Origin: a virus
Taxonomy: Duplodnaviria; Caudoviricetes
Virus record (IMG/VR): IMGVR_UViG_2890725172_000001
Location: 1-64,000 of that record
Direction: 5' to 3' (one strand)
Length of the DNA stretch: 64,000 nt
Below are positions 53,644-63,704 of the stretch, piece after piece. A program made the translations under genes and the position numbers. Below the pieces are notes generated by a model, which was given only the letters and a program-made list of their open reading frames with translations, made no database searches and was not told where the DNA came from. Numbering within the stretch: position 1 is the stretch's first letter; each line of letters begins with the position of its first letter.

Positions 53644-54147
53644 TTAGCGCCAGGAAGGCAGTAGCTTGCGTGCCTGCCCGGCTGCGATATTGAGGGGTTC
53701 GCTCGATCGGACGCCGTATTTGACGGCGAGGTCGGTGAGCTCTTCAGGGGACATGTCGATGTTCTTGCCGTCATTCACCAGACGTTCGGCCGGAATTCCC
53801 TTGGGCGCGAAGCGCTTCCCTTGGGCTTGGAGCCGAAGTGAGGTCTGCGGGTTGAAATCTTCAGGCCATGAATAGTCCTCGGATGGGACTCGTTCGCCGA
53901 CGTGGACTCCACGCTGGTAGCTGCGCTTGTTGAGGCTTTGCTTGACCGCGTTGAGCAGCCGGTCTTCGCGCCGCGATCGGACGGTGCCGAGATATCCGTC
54001 TGGGTATTCGGCGTATGGCGCCGCGTTTCCTGTGCGGCGGGCGTCCAGTTGGTTTCGCCACGGCACGACCGGGACATTGGGGGAGCTGCCGATCGTGCCG
54101 GGCTGGCCTTGGGGGGCGTTGTAGGACCAGTCGCTGTATCCGGGCAT
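53644..54147 (-). CDS. Conserved hypothetical phage protein
   Basis: AEYPDGYLGT..SRR.DRL...SYQRGVH.GER. Confidence 0.75.
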   Translation of the reverse strand: MPGYSDWSYNAPQGQPGTIGSSPNVPVVPWRNQLDARRTGNAAPYAEYPDGYLGTVRSRREDRLLNAVKQSLNKRSYQRGVHVGERVPSEDYSWPEDFNPQTSLRLQAQGKRFAPKGIPAERLVNDGKNIDMSPEELTDLAVKYGVRSSEPLNIAAGQARKLLPSWR

Positions 54148-54153
54148 GACGTC

Positions 54154-54372
54154 CTACAGGGAGACGGTGGTGGGGTTCCGTCGCGGTTCGTTGTCGACGG
54201 CGACCGGTTGGCGGTCTTGGGTTGCTCGGTTGGCCAGGGCTCCGCCGACAAAGGCTCCGTAACGGCCTGCTGTCCCTGCGCTCGCGGCGCTGGCGCCCAG
54301 CTCGGTGGCAGCGCCGCGAGCGACGGCGCTACCGGCGGCGCGGGCGGCGACGCCCAGCAGGAGGGGGAGCAT
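54154..54372 (-). CDS. Small Ala/Gly-rich protein
   Basis: GGAGG RBS, coupled. Confidence 0.55.
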   Translation of the reverse strand: MLPLLLGVAARAAGSAVARGAATELGASAASAGTAGRYGAFVGGALANRATQDRQPVAVDNEPRRNPTTVSL

Positions 54373-54683
54373 TAGTTGCCTCCGCCGAGCCGACGCCGGG
54401 CGTCGAGGAACTCGCCGGTTCCCTTGGCGCTGGGGACGCGCCGGGTGTTGCGGAGATTGGCCGAGGCGGCTGGGTCCTCCATGGGGGCCCATCGCGAGCT
54501 CGGGGCGTAGCAGGCGCCCAGGCGCTCGTTGACGTTCCGCTTGTGGCCGCCGGTGAGGTCGACCATGGCCGAGCCCTTAGGCCCGCCCTTGGGGCGAGAG
54601 GCAGTCGAGGGCTTGCCGGAGGTGTTGGTGGCCGTCGCGTGAGCGGTGCCGACCTTCGGGAACGTGGTTGTGGTCTTGTCCAC
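54372..54683 (-). CDS. Hypothetical protein
   Basis: AAGGA RBS. Confidence 0.6.
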   Translation of the reverse strand: MDKTTTTFPKVGTAHATATNTSGKPSTASRPKGGPKGSAMVDLTGGHKRNVNERLGACYAPSSRWAPMEDPAASANLRNTRRVPSAKGTGEFLDARRRLGGGN

Positions 54684-54733
54684 TGGGTTTCCTTTATTGT
54701 GGCCGGGGCCGAATTAAGTCCAGTGGCGCGTGT

Positions 54734-55015
54734 TTAGTAAAAGACTTGGAAGACGAGGCCGGTTACTTCGCCGTCGTCCATTTGGATGATGGTGAATGCC
54801 GGTCGGAAGGTGAGCGAAAGTCCTCGTGGGCCGACGTAGCCTTGTGCGATGGCCATGGCCTTGCAGGTCTGGTTGACCGCTCCGGCGCCGATGGCGCGGA
54901 TGAAGACTTCCTTGCCCTCGTAGATGGCGTGGCTGATGGCCGATGCCAGCTTTGGTGCGTCGCTTTTGCCTGAGACCTTCAAAAGCATGGTGTTTGAGGC
55001 GGTCTCGGTATCCAA
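54734..55015 (-). CDS. spoVS: SpoVS-family protein
   Basis: LKVSGKS...LASAI...AIGAGAVNQ..KA.AIA.GY. Confidence 0.88.
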   Translation of the reverse strand: MDTETASNTMLLKVSGKSDAPKLASAISHAIYEGKEVFIRAIGAGAVNQTCKAMAIAQGYVGPRGLSLTFRPAFTIIQMDDGEVTGLVFQVFY

Positions 55016-55091
55016 TGGTTCCCCTAATTACGTGTCTAGTTCCGGTAGTTTTCCGGGTTCTATTTCACGTTAAGGGAATTGCGTCCTGAGT

Positions 55092-55688
55092 TTATAATGC
55101 CGGGACCGGTATGGATGATTTCCAGTGCGCGGGGAGGTCCGTGTGCTTGGTCAGGCCCTGAATAACCTTGAATTCCTCGGGAAGATCGCTTCTTCCCCTA
55201 TGTAAGTCACAGGCCATTCGTGCCAACACGTAGGCGTCTGCCTCGTTGTCATTCTTTGTGACGAATCCCCACTTTTCCTTGCAGAACTTCATCACCTTCT
55301 TCTTGTCGGCGTTTCCCTTACCGGTCGCGTACTGTTTCAGTTCGCTTGGGCTGACGATCGTCGGATATCCGGCCTGACTGGTGTAATAGCTCAGCAGGCG
55401 CAGCCGTACGGCGGCCGATATCTCCCCGACTTCCTCGCGGCGGAAAGCCCGTCCTCGCGCATACCCTTCCATTGCGATGTGCATGACCGATGCCGGGGGG
55501 TGAATTCCACCCCAGCGGCCGAAGAGCTCGTCGAGCCATTCCTGCACGGCGATCAGGCGTCCCACACCCTTACCGAACTTGGCTGGCGGGAAGGCCTTGC
55601 GGTGGACCGCCGGAGCTTCTCCAGGTGCGTAGGCGACTACCGCGAACCCGGAGAAGCTCTGGTCGATGCCGATGTACCGGCCGATCAC
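55092..55688 (-). CDS. RuvC-like Holliday junction resolvase
   Basis: IGIDQS, AMEGY, LKQYATGKGNADK, DNEADA. Confidence 0.88.
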   Translation of the reverse strand: MIGRYIGIDQSFSGFAVVAYAPGEAPAVHRKAFPPAKFGKGVGRLIAVQEWLDELFGRWGGIHPPASVMHIAMEGYARGRAFRREEVGEISAAVRLRLLSYYTSQAGYPTIVSPSELKQYATGKGNADKKKVMKFCKEKWGFVTKNDNEADAYVLARMACDLHRGRSDLPEEFKVIQGLTKHTDLPAHWKSSIPVPAL

Positions 55689-56392
55689 TGCTCTCCTGAG
55701 AGGTGCTTCCAGGCCCCTCGCTGCGCAGATGCCATCGCCGCGACCGCTCCGGGAGAGTAGTTGGTTCCCATGACCTTGGCCGCGACCTTGAGCGCGCTCT
55801 CCTTCTCGATCTGGTTGGCACGGTCGCGCCAGTGCCTCTCTGCCCGATCGACCAGTTCAGCCGCGACCTTAGGCATGCCCTCAAGGGAACACTCACTGAG
55901 GTCGATCACGATGTCGGGCACCCAGTCGGCTGCCTTCTCAGAGATGTGCTGGTTGACCGGCCCGACACCTTCGCGGATGACATGAACGGACACGACATGG
56001 GAGTGTGCGTCGACCAGGGCCTTGAGCTCGTTGGGATAGCGCAGGTCGGTGATGACGACCTTCTCCCGGTTGTTGGCGATCTTGAGGGGCTGTGTGAGCC
56101 ACACGTCCTGGTCGATGACCGTGCGTGCGCCTTCGCCGAGATCTTGGAGCAGTTTGCGGACCTCGGGGAACATGCGCTTGGCCAGGTCCCAGCCCAGCTC
56201 ATAGACCACTTCATTGAGGTGGATCGACTTGCCGTCCGCGTCCTCGATGACCCGTGGGTTCACGGCCTTGGCGAGCTCGCGAACCTGATTGGCGAAAGCG
56301 ATGCGGTGGTATCCGTGCTGGAGCTTCAGCAGGGAGGCGAGGGTGTCCTTTCCGACGCCTCCGTAGCCGTAGAGCGCGAGGACCTTGCTCAA
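55685..56392 (-). CDS. Deoxynucleoside monophosphate kinase
   Basis: GYGGVGKDT, VRKLLQDLG, VITDLRYPNE, HISE. Confidence 0.88.
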   Translation of the reverse strand: MSKVLALYGYGGVGKDTLASLLKLQHGYHRIAFANQVRELAKAVNPRVIEDADGKSIHLNEVVYELGWDLAKRMFPEVRKLLQDLGEGARTVIDQDVWLTQPLKIANNREKVVITDLRYPNELKALVDAHSHVVSVHVIREGVGPVNQHISEKAADWVPDIVIDLSECSLEGMPKVAAELVDRAERHWRDRANQIEKESALKVAAKVMGTNYSPGAVAAMASAQRGAWKHLSGEQ

Positions 56393-56661
56393 GCCGTGAC
56401 CTTGACGATGTTGTTCCAGCGCCGGATGGTGACGGTCTTTCCGAGCAGCTGGGGGAACTCAGGGGCGATCACCCGGAGATCGACGAGGTAGCTGTGTCGC
56501 CAGTGGGTCTGGACGATGCGGACGACCTTGCCGACGAGCTGCTCGGTGGTGTTGCCGACGCGGAAGGGGAAGACGACGGTGTCCCCCTCGGTCACGACCT
56601 TGCCGAAGATGTCGGTGAGACGAATCTCGATAGCCGGGGTGACCGTCTGAATGGTGGTCAT
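56389..56661 (-). CDS. Hypothetical protein (SH3-like)
   Basis: DIFGKVVTEGDTVVF. Confidence 0.65.
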   Translation of the reverse strand: MTTIQTVTPAIEIRLTDIFGKVVTEGDTVVFPFRVGNTTEQLVGKVVRIVQTHWRHSYLVDLRVIAPEFPQLLGKTVTIRRWNNIVKVTA

Positions 56662-56684
56662 TTGTTGTTCTCCGTGTAGGGGAT

Positions 56685-57863
56685 TCAGGCGGAACGACGG
56701 ATCGTGTCGTTTCCGAATGGCTGGTTGGGAAAGTCGCTGAAGCTGTTGGGGGCGACCCGGCGGAGGATTGTGAGGAGTTCTCCGGCGAGTTCCCGGATTT
56801 CCGCGTCGGCGGCGATGTGGTAGCGCTTGGTCAGCACTTCGCGCCAGGCCCGGAGATTTCCGGTGACGACCATGGAGACCGGCTGAGAATTGAGCAGGAC
56901 GCTGCGGGCGGCCTCGCGGATTTCCTTCTTGGTGAGCTTGTCGCCGTCCGCCTGCCGCGCCATGAGCGCGGTGATGATCTCCTCGTAGTCGCCGATGGAG
57001 GCCTTGTGTGCGCAGATCAGGACGTCCGTGATGGCGGGGTACTTACGCAGCAGCGGAGGGATGACCGGTTCACCTTCGTCTTGAGGGACGTAGCGCTGGC
57101 TCTCGACACTGAGTGACAGGTGCCGGTGGCGGGAGAGTTCGGCCAGGAGGCTCCGGGAGACGCCGGTGATCAGGAACGTCGCGCTGGCGTGTTCTAGAAC
57201 ACTGAAGTGTTGGTGGTCGATCACATTGCGCAGGTATCCGGCGTTGGTTGCCGTCTCCGGGTTGGGCTTCGACCAGCTCTGGTAGCACGTGCGACCGGCG
57301 TACTCGGCCAGGATGTCAGCGTCCATGTAGCCGACGTTGGTCGGGTCGTCCTGGTGGTCGAGCTTGTCGTACACCTCGGCCGAGACGAAGGTCCAGGCGA
57401 TCAGCTGCACCCGCGAGGGGGTCTCGTCGACGGTGACGGTGCTGGCCTGCGGAGGCGGAGGGAAGACGGTGTCCTCGGAGACGATCGTCAGCTTGGGCCG
57501 TGGGATGCAGCAGCCATCACAGTCGTGCTCCTGCCACTGGTCGGCGTCGCTGTACTGGTCGATGAAGTAGGCGAGGCTGTCAGGGTCGGTGTGGGCCTGG
57601 TTGTGCTGGCAGATCCGGTAGCCGAGGTAATGCCGGTCGCTCCGGAAGACCAGCGGCCACTCGATCATGTGATGGTTGGACGGGTTGTGCAGGACGCAGA
57701 TCTCTCCGGCGCCGCGAATGGTGTTTCCGCACACGAGAGCGCTGTGGGTGCGGAGGACCTTGTCGTCCCCGAGGGAGTGGTGTTCAGTCTGGCGTGCGGC
57801 GAGCTTCCGCAGTTCGTCTTCGAACTCCTGGAAGAGGTCACTGGTGGCGATCATGTTGTCCAT
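56685..57863 (-). CDS. thyX: Flavin-dependent thymidylate synthase with N-terminal Cys/His domain
   Basis: [37 protein letters not shown]. Confidence 0.9.
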   Translation of the reverse strand: MDNMIATSDLFQEFEDELRKLAARQTEHHSLGDDKVLRTHSALVCGNTIRGAGEICVLHNPSNHHMIEWPLVFRSDRHYLGYRICQHNQAHTDPDSLAYFIDQYSDADQWQEHDCDGCCIPRPKLTIVSEDTVFPPPPQASTVTVDETPSRVQLIAWTFVSAEVYDKLDHQDDPTNVGYMDADILAEYAGRTCYQSWSKPNPETATNAGYLRNVIDHQHFSVLEHASATFLITGVSRSLLAELSRHRHLSLSVESQRYVPQDEGEPVIPPLLRKYPAITDVLICAHKASIGDYEEIITALMARQADGDKLTKKEIREAARSVLLNSQPVSMVVTGNLRAWREVLTKRYHIAADAEIRELAGELLTILRRVAPNSFSDFPNQPFGNDTIRRSA

Positions 57864-58372
57864 CGATGTCTCCGGTTGAGGTCGGGTGTGTCAGTGCGGC
57901 GGGTGAGCTCGCGGGAGAGGTAGGCGGCCCGGCCGGAAGCCGATTTCGCGATGGGCTCGATCAACTTCCGCAGGGCGTAGCACTCGGTCTGGAGTGCGGT
58001 GGCCTCGGCTACGAGAGGGTCGTCGGCCGCTCCGGCTTTGAGCGCCGTGGCGGTCTTGCCGGTGCCCTTGACGATCGCGGCGGCGCGGCGGCGGCCGAGC
58101 TCTTCCTGAACCCACTGCTCGCGGATTTCCGCGAGGGCGAGCTGTCCGCTGGCGTACTCGCTCCAGGCGATCATTTGCTGATAAAGCGACATCAGCTCCG
58201 GGCCGTCGAGCTCGGTGACGTCGTCGGGGAGGCCGGGGAGTGATTCGGCTGGCCGGTCAGGTGGGGCGATCCCGCTCCGGCGCAGCTGGCTGACGGTCGC
58301 GTCGACGAAGTCTTCGAGTTCCGTCTTGAGGGTGGGCTTGGAGGTCAGTGACCTGCGGTGCAGGGTTCGCAT
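57851..58372 (-). CDS. Hypothetical helical protein
   Basis: LPDDVTELD...LSRELTRR. Confidence 0.65.
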   Translation of the reverse strand: MRTLHRRSLTSKPTLKTELEDFVDATVSQLRRSGIAPPDRPAESLPGLPDDVTELDGPELMSLYQQMIAWSEYASGQLALAEIREQWVQEELGRRRAAAIVKGTGKTATALKAGAADDPLVAEATALQTECYALRKLIEPIAKSASGRAAYLSRELTRRTDTPDLNRRHRWTT

Positions 58373-59309
58373 CAGGTTCGGGCCAGCAGGTGGAGAGGAA
58401 ATGGCATGAGGTACATGCCTTGGAGGTGAAGACGTGGGCGCGGTCCGGTGGCGGGGCGTCGTGGTGGATCGCGTTGAAGATCTGGGTGGCCTTGTTCAGC
58501 AGATCGTCGAGAATTAACCGGGTCGCTTTATCGAGGCGAAGGCTGAATTCCTTTGTTTGCTGATTGGCCTTGAACTCGTACAGGAAGACGATCCTGCTGA
58601 CCTCGTAGCCGAGCTGCTGTGCCATCCACAGGTAGATGGCCCCCTGCTTTACGTGTGAGGGAAGTGGCGCCTCTAGCTGCCGCCAAATCTCGTCGAGGTC
58701 TGGGATCTTCTTACCGTCCGGCCTTTCGGCCGTGTATTTCCGCACCAACGATGGTGCGTCGATCCGGATGGTCCCAAGCCCGATGCTCTTGATCTCGATC
58801 AGACAGTGTTTGCTGGGGACGAATCCGTCTGTGTGGCCTGCGATCAAATGTGAGTCTTCGGCCGATAGCGGAAGCTCCGCATACTCAAAGGTGCGGGTTT
58901 CACAGAACGGGCACCAATGGGGTTCGGGGCCGACTTCTGTGGTGACGATGCACTTACATACCAAGCAGCGCCAATGGCCGGACAATAGACCAAGCTCGGC
59001 GAGCCAACCCTGCCACTTGCTGTGGATCGAATGACCTTCGGCGAAGATGTTCTCCGTGACCCACGAGTGGACCTCCGGCGGGATTGTTTCGCCGCGTCGA
59101 ACTGCGTCGATGCGGTAGTAGGTCTGCCGGGGGCACCAGTCGTCGTGGGCCATTTCGGAGGGGTGAATGATGTCCTGGCGCCGGTCGTCGGGGAGGCTGG
59201 CCTTGTGCTGAACGTGACCGACGATCGTGCCCAGGAGAACCGTGGGCTGCTTGGTCGCGGCGGCGATCTCCGCGAGTGAGCCGGTCAGTTTAACGTTGGC
59301 CATTGCCAT
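58257..59309 (-). CDS. Cas4/RecB-like PD-(D/E)xK exonuclease
   Basis: HPSE...WCPR, G..IH, GHTDG, IEIKS, Q..IY, C-terminal CTSCHF..C. Confidence 0.85.
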   Translation of the reverse strand: MAMANVKLTGSLAEIAAATKQPTVLLGTIVGHVQHKASLPDDRRQDIIHPSEMAHDDWCPRQTYYRIDAVRRGETIPPEVHSWVTENIFAEGHSIHSKWQGWLAELGLLSGHWRCLVCKCIVTTEVGPEPHWCPFCETRTFEYAELPLSAEDSHLIAGHTDGFVPSKHCLIEIKSIGLGTIRIDAPSLVRKYTAERPDGKKIPDLDEIWRQLEAPLPSHVKQGAIYLWMAQQLGYEVSRIVFLYEFKANQQTKEFSLRLDKATRLILDDLLNKATQIFNAIHHDAPPPDRAHVFTSKACTSCHFLSTCWPEPDANPAPQVTDLQAHPQDGTRRLRRRDRQPAAPERDRPT

Positions 59310-59617
59310 TCCGATCGGGGCGCCAGGTCCGGCCGGAGCCGGTATCGGTGTTTGACTTCCTGGCGCATTGCGTGTCGTTCTTCGGGGGTCTTTCCACCCC
59401 ATACGCCGTCGCTTTCGTTGTTGACGGCGGCGTATTCGAGGCATTTATCGCGGGTCGGGCAGACCACGCCGTCCCAAGTGCCGTTGCAGATGTCAACGCA
59501 GTCCTGCTCGTCGGCTGGCGTGAACCAGGGGTCACAGTCGCGTCGAGGTTCGAACTTGATGCACTTGGCTCCCCGGGCTATCCAATCGGGGGCGTGCAGG
59601 CGTAGGTGCATGACCAT
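59285..59617 (-). CDS. WhiB-family transcription factor
   Basis: C...C..(insert)..CP....C, GVWGG.TPEER. Confidence 0.88.
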   Translation of the reverse strand: MVMHLRLHAPDWIARGAKCIKFEPRRDCDPWFTPADEQDCVDICNGTWDGVVCPTRDKCLEYAAVNNESDGVWGGKTPEERHAMRQEVKHRYRLRPDLAPRSEWQWPTLN

Positions 59618-59931
59618 TACTGAGGGTCTTCCTCCAAATCGAGTTCGGCGATGAAATCCTCTTCGGCGAGGAGGATCCAGTTGCGTCCGCCGATTTCGAT
59701 TCCGAAGAGCATCGTCCGTCCGTCGAGGAGTGCGTGCTTTTCGGCTTGGAGTAGTTCGTCTTTGGTGATGCGGTAGCTCTTGGCGCCGGTGGTTTTGTAT
59801 TCGATGCTGAACTTTTTGCTGCGGACGTCATTTTTTCTCCGCCACTGGTTCCCGCTTCCGGCGTTCACGGTGCCGCCGAAGAGCTTGGCACCGCGTTTCT
59901 CCTGTCGGCGGGAATCCTTGTAGCCACTCAT
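59617..59931 (-). CDS. Small PD-(D/E)xK endonuclease (Hjc-like resolvase)
   Basis: QEKR.AK..GG....GSGN...KNDV...IEYK. Confidence 0.75.
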   Translation of the reverse strand: MSGYKDSRRQEKRGAKLFGGTVNAGSGNQWRRKNDVRSKKFSIEYKTTGAKSYRITKDELLQAEKHALLDGRTMLFGIEIGGRNWILLAEEDFIAELDLEEDPQ

Positions 59932-60107
59932 TAAGGGACGAGTGCCATGGTGTACTTCGCGGAGTGCCAGCGGCCGGAGGTGAAGACGCCGAGGAGCTCG
60001 TCCTTCTCGCCAAGAATGTGCAGGGTGCCTATGTTGACCACCTCGAACCTTTCTCCGATGAAGAGATCGTGGCTGCCACCGGGCAGGTCAACCTTGATTA
60101 CGCGCAT
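59931..60107 (-). CDS. Small hypothetical protein
   Basis: Coupled operon ORF. Confidence 0.55.
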   Translation of the reverse strand: MRVIKVDLPGGSHDLFIGERFEVVNIGTLHILGEKDELLGVFTSGRWHSAKYTMALVP

Positions 60108-60108
60108 T

Positions 60109-60693
60109 TCATGCCGCCAATGCTGTGGTGTCGTCGATGACGTGGGCGTCGGGGGTTTTGTCGAGGATGACTTTGTAGATGCGTCGGTCTGCTCGTCCGA
60201 AGATGCAGATGCCTTCCGGCTTGTCGAAACCCGGTGCCGCAACTGATCCATCACGACGCAGATTTTCAAGTGCAGAAGCCACAGCACGGTCGCTCCAGAT
60301 GCCGTCGTAGAGTTTGGGGACGACGCCCAGCTCCGGGAGAGGGCTGTCGAACTCCAGAAAGCCGAATCTATCGACATTGAAAAGCGAGAAGCGCTTGTCG
60401 CCGTTCTTGAGACCGTAGCCTCGCTGGATTCCGTTTCCCCACCATTCTCCGAAATGGTGGCCGGGGCCGAGGACTTCGATCAGGGTTTCGTAGTTCTGTT
60501 CGACCCAGCGGGCGAAGCCGTGGTTGTCGGCGTCGGGGGTGATGAGCCTCTTACGGGACTGTGCGCCTACCTGCCCGTCGTCGGTGATAATGACGGCGGC
60601 ATTTGTTCCGTCGAGCTTCTCGGTGATGCAATAGCCCTTGGGGTCGTACAGCCGGGGGGTTTTCGGCCAGGGCAAGAAGGTGATGTTGTCCAT
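60109..60693 (-). CDS. RNA ligase, Rnl2-like adenylation domain
   Basis: TEKLDGTN, QSRKR, GEWWG, PEGI. Confidence 0.85.
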   Translation of the reverse strand: MDNITFLPWPKTPRLYDPKGYCITEKLDGTNAAVIITDDGQVGAQSRKRLITPDADNHGFARWVEQNYETLIEVLGPGHHFGEWWGNGIQRGYGLKNGDKRFSLFNVDRFGFLEFDSPLPELGVVPKLYDGIWSDRAVASALENLRRDGSVAAPGFDKPEGICIFGRADRRIYKVILDKTPDAHVIDDTTALAA

Positions 60694-61598
60694 TAGAAGT
60701 TTCCTTCGGCGACCTGGAAGCAGGTCAATCCGAGCGTGCGCCACATCTGAACAACTTGATCGCGGTCGTCGAATACGCCGAGGATGTTGTAGTGGTTGCG
60801 GATTTCGTTGTCGAAGATTTCGGACTTGACGATCCAATCGGTCCGGAAATCTCCGTGCTTTCGCATGTGAAGGGCGATGGGTTCGAAGTCGAGGTGCTCG
60901 ACGAGCCAGGTCCAGGTTTCGCGCTGGCAGGAGTCGTCTCGGCCGGAGACGAAGATCAGGTCGTTGCCGGTGCGGTAGAGGTCGTTGAGGACCCTGATCA
61001 CCGGCCAGTTGGGGCGGTCCTCGACGACGCGGGTCATGTCGAAGGGGCTCCGGTCGCCGCGTAGGGCCACGGTGCCGTCGATGTCGACGATGTAGGCCTG
61101 CGGCTTGGACTCGTCGGCGAGGTAGTAGTGGAGTAGGTCAGGGGCCGGTTCCCACGGCAGCTCCGGCACGGGGAGCGGGGAGCCCTTACCGCGCACGTAG
61201 CGGTCGTGGTAGTCGCGGATGGTGGGTCCGCCGACCGGATTCGGCCGGGCGGCGTCACGGGCGATGCAGACCTCAAGGGGGATGTGAGTGAGGTCGACGA
61301 TCCTGACTTCGGCCTTGTGCCGCTTGGCCAGGGCCTTGAGCTCGCGGACGGTGCGGGAGGGGAGGTTGGTGTCGTCGACGACGACGCTGACGCCGCGTCC
61401 AAGCAGGTCGGAGATGATGGCGTCGCGGAGGAAGATGACGCGGCGCTCCACGTCGCCGTGGTAGCCGGAGTGGGCCATGGCGCGGATGTCGTCGCGATTG
61501 ACGCGGGCTCGGTGCTGAACGTCTTCCGAGACCCAGCCGTGGGCCCAGGTGGACTTGCCGGAGCCTTGGATGCCTCGGAGGATAACGAGAGTGATCAT
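60693..61598 (-). CDS. Polynucleotide kinase / 3'-phosphatase (T4 PseT-like)
   Basis: GIQGSGKST, RDDIR, DIDGT, SGR, FDDR. Confidence 0.92.
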   Translation of the reverse strand: MITLVILRGIQGSGKSTWAHGWVSEDVQHRARVNRDDIRAMAHSGYHGDVERRVIFLRDAIISDLLGRGVSVVVDDTNLPSRTVRELKALAKRHKAEVRIVDLTHIPLEVCIARDAARPNPVGGPTIRDYHDRYVRGKGSPLPVPELPWEPAPDLLHYYLADESKPQAYIVDIDGTVALRGDRSPFDMTRVVEDRPNWPVIRVLNDLYRTGNDLIFVSGRDDSCQRETWTWLVEHLDFEPIALHMRKHGDFRTDWIVKSEIFDNEIRNHYNILGVFDDRDQVVQMWRTLGLTCFQVAEGNF

Positions 61599-62278
61599 TC
61601 GGGCTTGAGCATTCTGGTTCGGGTGCGGATTAGCCATTGCTCTACGAGCGCGGCGTCCGGCTGTTGTGGAATGGCCGGGGTTGCGGTGTCGAAAATGTCG
61701 CGAGCGCGGGCGATGAGGTATTCCGCCTTGACGATCTGCCCACTGGCGATGTCTTCGCCGAATTGCAGGTAGTTCTCCGGGTTCTTCAGCCGGACGGGAA
61801 GAAAACCGGTGGTGTAGAGCGTGGTTCCTTGATGGACCAGGCGCATGAGGTGCCTGGCGTGTTTGGCGGTTCTCTTGCGGGTATCGGCGCTGAATGAGCC
61901 GTCACCGCGACGCTTCAGCTTGTTGAACTGCTGGACGGCGTAGCCGAGATAGGCGTCACGGACGCGTTCCGCAGAGAGGAATGCTGTGCGAATGTCAATC
62001 AGCTCTTGGCCGAGTTCGGTCTTCTCGGTGTAGAGGTCATCGGGCAGCCACATGAGTTCTTGGAGTGTGGGGTTGCCGTTGAGGGCCAGGCCGACGTATT
62101 TACGGACCTCATGGATGGTGCAGTCGAGATCTGTGGCGTTGATCGTCGCCGGAGGCGAGCTGAGGCCGAAAAACGTGCTGGGGTGTGCGGCGTAGACGCC
62201 GAGGTAGTCCAGATCGCTGTCCGGCCCTGCCAGGCCGTAGGCCGTGGAGCCGACGACACCCTTAAGCAGAATGTTCAT
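61595..62278 (-). CDS. RlaP-like (NTP_transf_8) nucleotidyltransferase
   Basis: VGSTAYGL...SDLDYLG, GNP..E, KHARHLMRL. Confidence 0.85.
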   Translation of the reverse strand: MNILLKGVVGSTAYGLAGPDSDLDYLGVYAAHPSTFFGLSSPPATINATDLDCTIHEVRKYVGLALNGNPTLQELMWLPDDLYTEKTELGQELIDIRTAFLSAERVRDAYLGYAVQQFNKLKRRGDGSFSADTRKRTAKHARHLMRLVHQGTTLYTTGFLPVRLKNPENYLQFGEDIASGQIVKAEYLIARARDIFDTATPAIPQQPDAALVEQWLIRTRTRMLKPE

Positions 62279-63468
62279 TCGGTGCTAGCCCACGCGCGGC
62301 TGGCAGGCGGGTAAACGGCCTTCCAGCAGTACGGGAGGAGGTTCTTGTCGTCGAGGGAGGCGAAAATCCCGGCCTTGTGCGGGTGGTCCTTGATCTCCTC
62401 GGCGATCTCGGCTCGGGTCTTTCCGGAGCCGAAGTATCCGGCCTCGACATCGTCGATTTCGTCCCAGACGGCGAACATCTGCGCTTGCAGGCTCCTGGCG
62501 GTGTCGCACAGCCAGTCGGAGAAGTCCTTCGGCATACTCTGCACGAAGATCTCCAGCCAGTTGGGGCCGGTCGCGAGAATCCCTGCTGCGCGCTTGGGGT
62601 CGATTCCGAGTTTCGATCCCCAGTGCTTGGGGTCGTGGATGATGTGCTGGCAGGAATTGACGGCCAGATACTCCCAGATGACTCGCGGATTGGTCCGGGT
62701 GACAATCCGATGTTTTGCGACGTAGTCCTGCTGCTTGATCTTCACCTGCTGATTGGAGAAGAGGTCGAGCACGACCACTCCTTCAGCGTTTTGCCGGTCG
62801 ACGAGCGCGAGGGCGTCAGCGAAGGTGTCGGCCGGAAGTGTGGCGGCTACAGGTCCGGTCCACTCGGGGATGGCTTCTTGGCTGAAGATCAGGCCGCTGA
62901 AGTTGGCGACCGCGCCGAGAAGGATCAGGTCGTCCAGCGCCCCGTAGTCGACGACGATGCGGTTCTGCGGGTAAACGATTTCCACCAGGACGGTAACCCC
63001 GTCCGGAGGCCGGAAAGTCGGGTACTTCTCCCGCAGAACCTTCGTCGCGTGGATAGCCTGGGCGGAGACGAAGCTGCCTCGGGTGGCGATGTATGTTTCG
63101 CCTTCCCAGACATAGATAACGCCTAACGAGCCGTCGAGCTTATCCGTGACACGCACAGTGTTCGCAGGATGAATGCTCGGGGCGTGCGCCTCGTTGTGGT
63201 TGAAGAACTTGGGGAAGGGCCGGGCGATAACTCGACCGGTGTTGTCGATGATGAGTCCCCTAGACGCGCGAACCGCCGGGCTCCACGCAGCGTCCTGCAC
63301 CGCCTTCTCGGTGTAGTTGAAAATGGCCAGAGGAAATTCGGGGTGGTAGCTGACTCTCACATAGCCTTGGCTGATGGCCTCGACGAGCTCGTCGAGCTTG
63401 ACGACCTTGTTCTGGTAGGTCTCCAGCAGCTCAGTGACGTGTGCGAGCTCGGTAATCTGCATGGTCAT
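62275..63468 (-). CDS. T4 Rnl1-like RNA ligase
   Basis: IFNYT, RGLI, RPFPKFFN, KLDGSLG, ATRGSF, EGVV, VKIK..DY. Confidence 0.92.
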   Translation of the reverse strand: MTMQITELAHVTELLETYQNKVVKLDELVEAISQGYVRVSYHPEFPLAIFNYTEKAVQDAAWSPAVRASRGLIIDNTGRVIARPFPKFFNHNEAHAPSIHPANTVRVTDKLDGSLGVIYVWEGETYIATRGSFVSAQAIHATKVLREKYPTFRPPDGVTVLVEIVYPQNRIVVDYGALDDLILLGAVANFSGLIFSQEAIPEWTGPVAATLPADTFADALALVDRQNAEGVVVLDLFSNQQVKIKQQDYVAKHRIVTRTNPRVIWEYLAVNSCQHIIHDPKHWGSKLGIDPKRAAGILATGPNWLEIFVQSMPKDFSDWLCDTARSLQAQMFAVWDEIDDVEAGYFGSGKTRAEIAEEIKDHPHKAGIFASLDDKNLLPYCWKAVYPPASRAWASTE

Positions 63469-63704
63469 CGCTTGGTGCTCTTCGGGGGGCTGTAGGGGAT
63501 CGGCTTGGGGTTCGGGTAGGCGGTTCGGGGTCGAGGGGGGATGTATCGGGTGACGTTCTTACCGGGGTCCGGGATTTTGATCTCGATCTGCACCGGCCGG
63601 TTACGCCAGGTCCCCATGTTGTGTATGGCGTTGTAGGCGATCAGGCCGAAGACGATGAGAACCGCGATGACGATGGTGATTTCCATGAGCTTGATGCGGT
63701 TCAT
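63465..63704 (-). CDS. Small membrane protein
   Basis: N-terminal TM. Confidence 0.6.
   Translation of the reverse strand: MNRIKLMEITIVIAVLIVFGLIAYNAIHNMGTWRNRPVQIEIKIPDPGKNVTRYIPPRPRTAYPNPKPIPYSPPKSTKR

Noticed and set aside
58257-59309. Cas4-like nuclease as evidence of a CRISPR system
   Set aside because: No repeat-spacer array or other cas genes; stand-alone Cas4-like exonucleases are common in phage recombination modules
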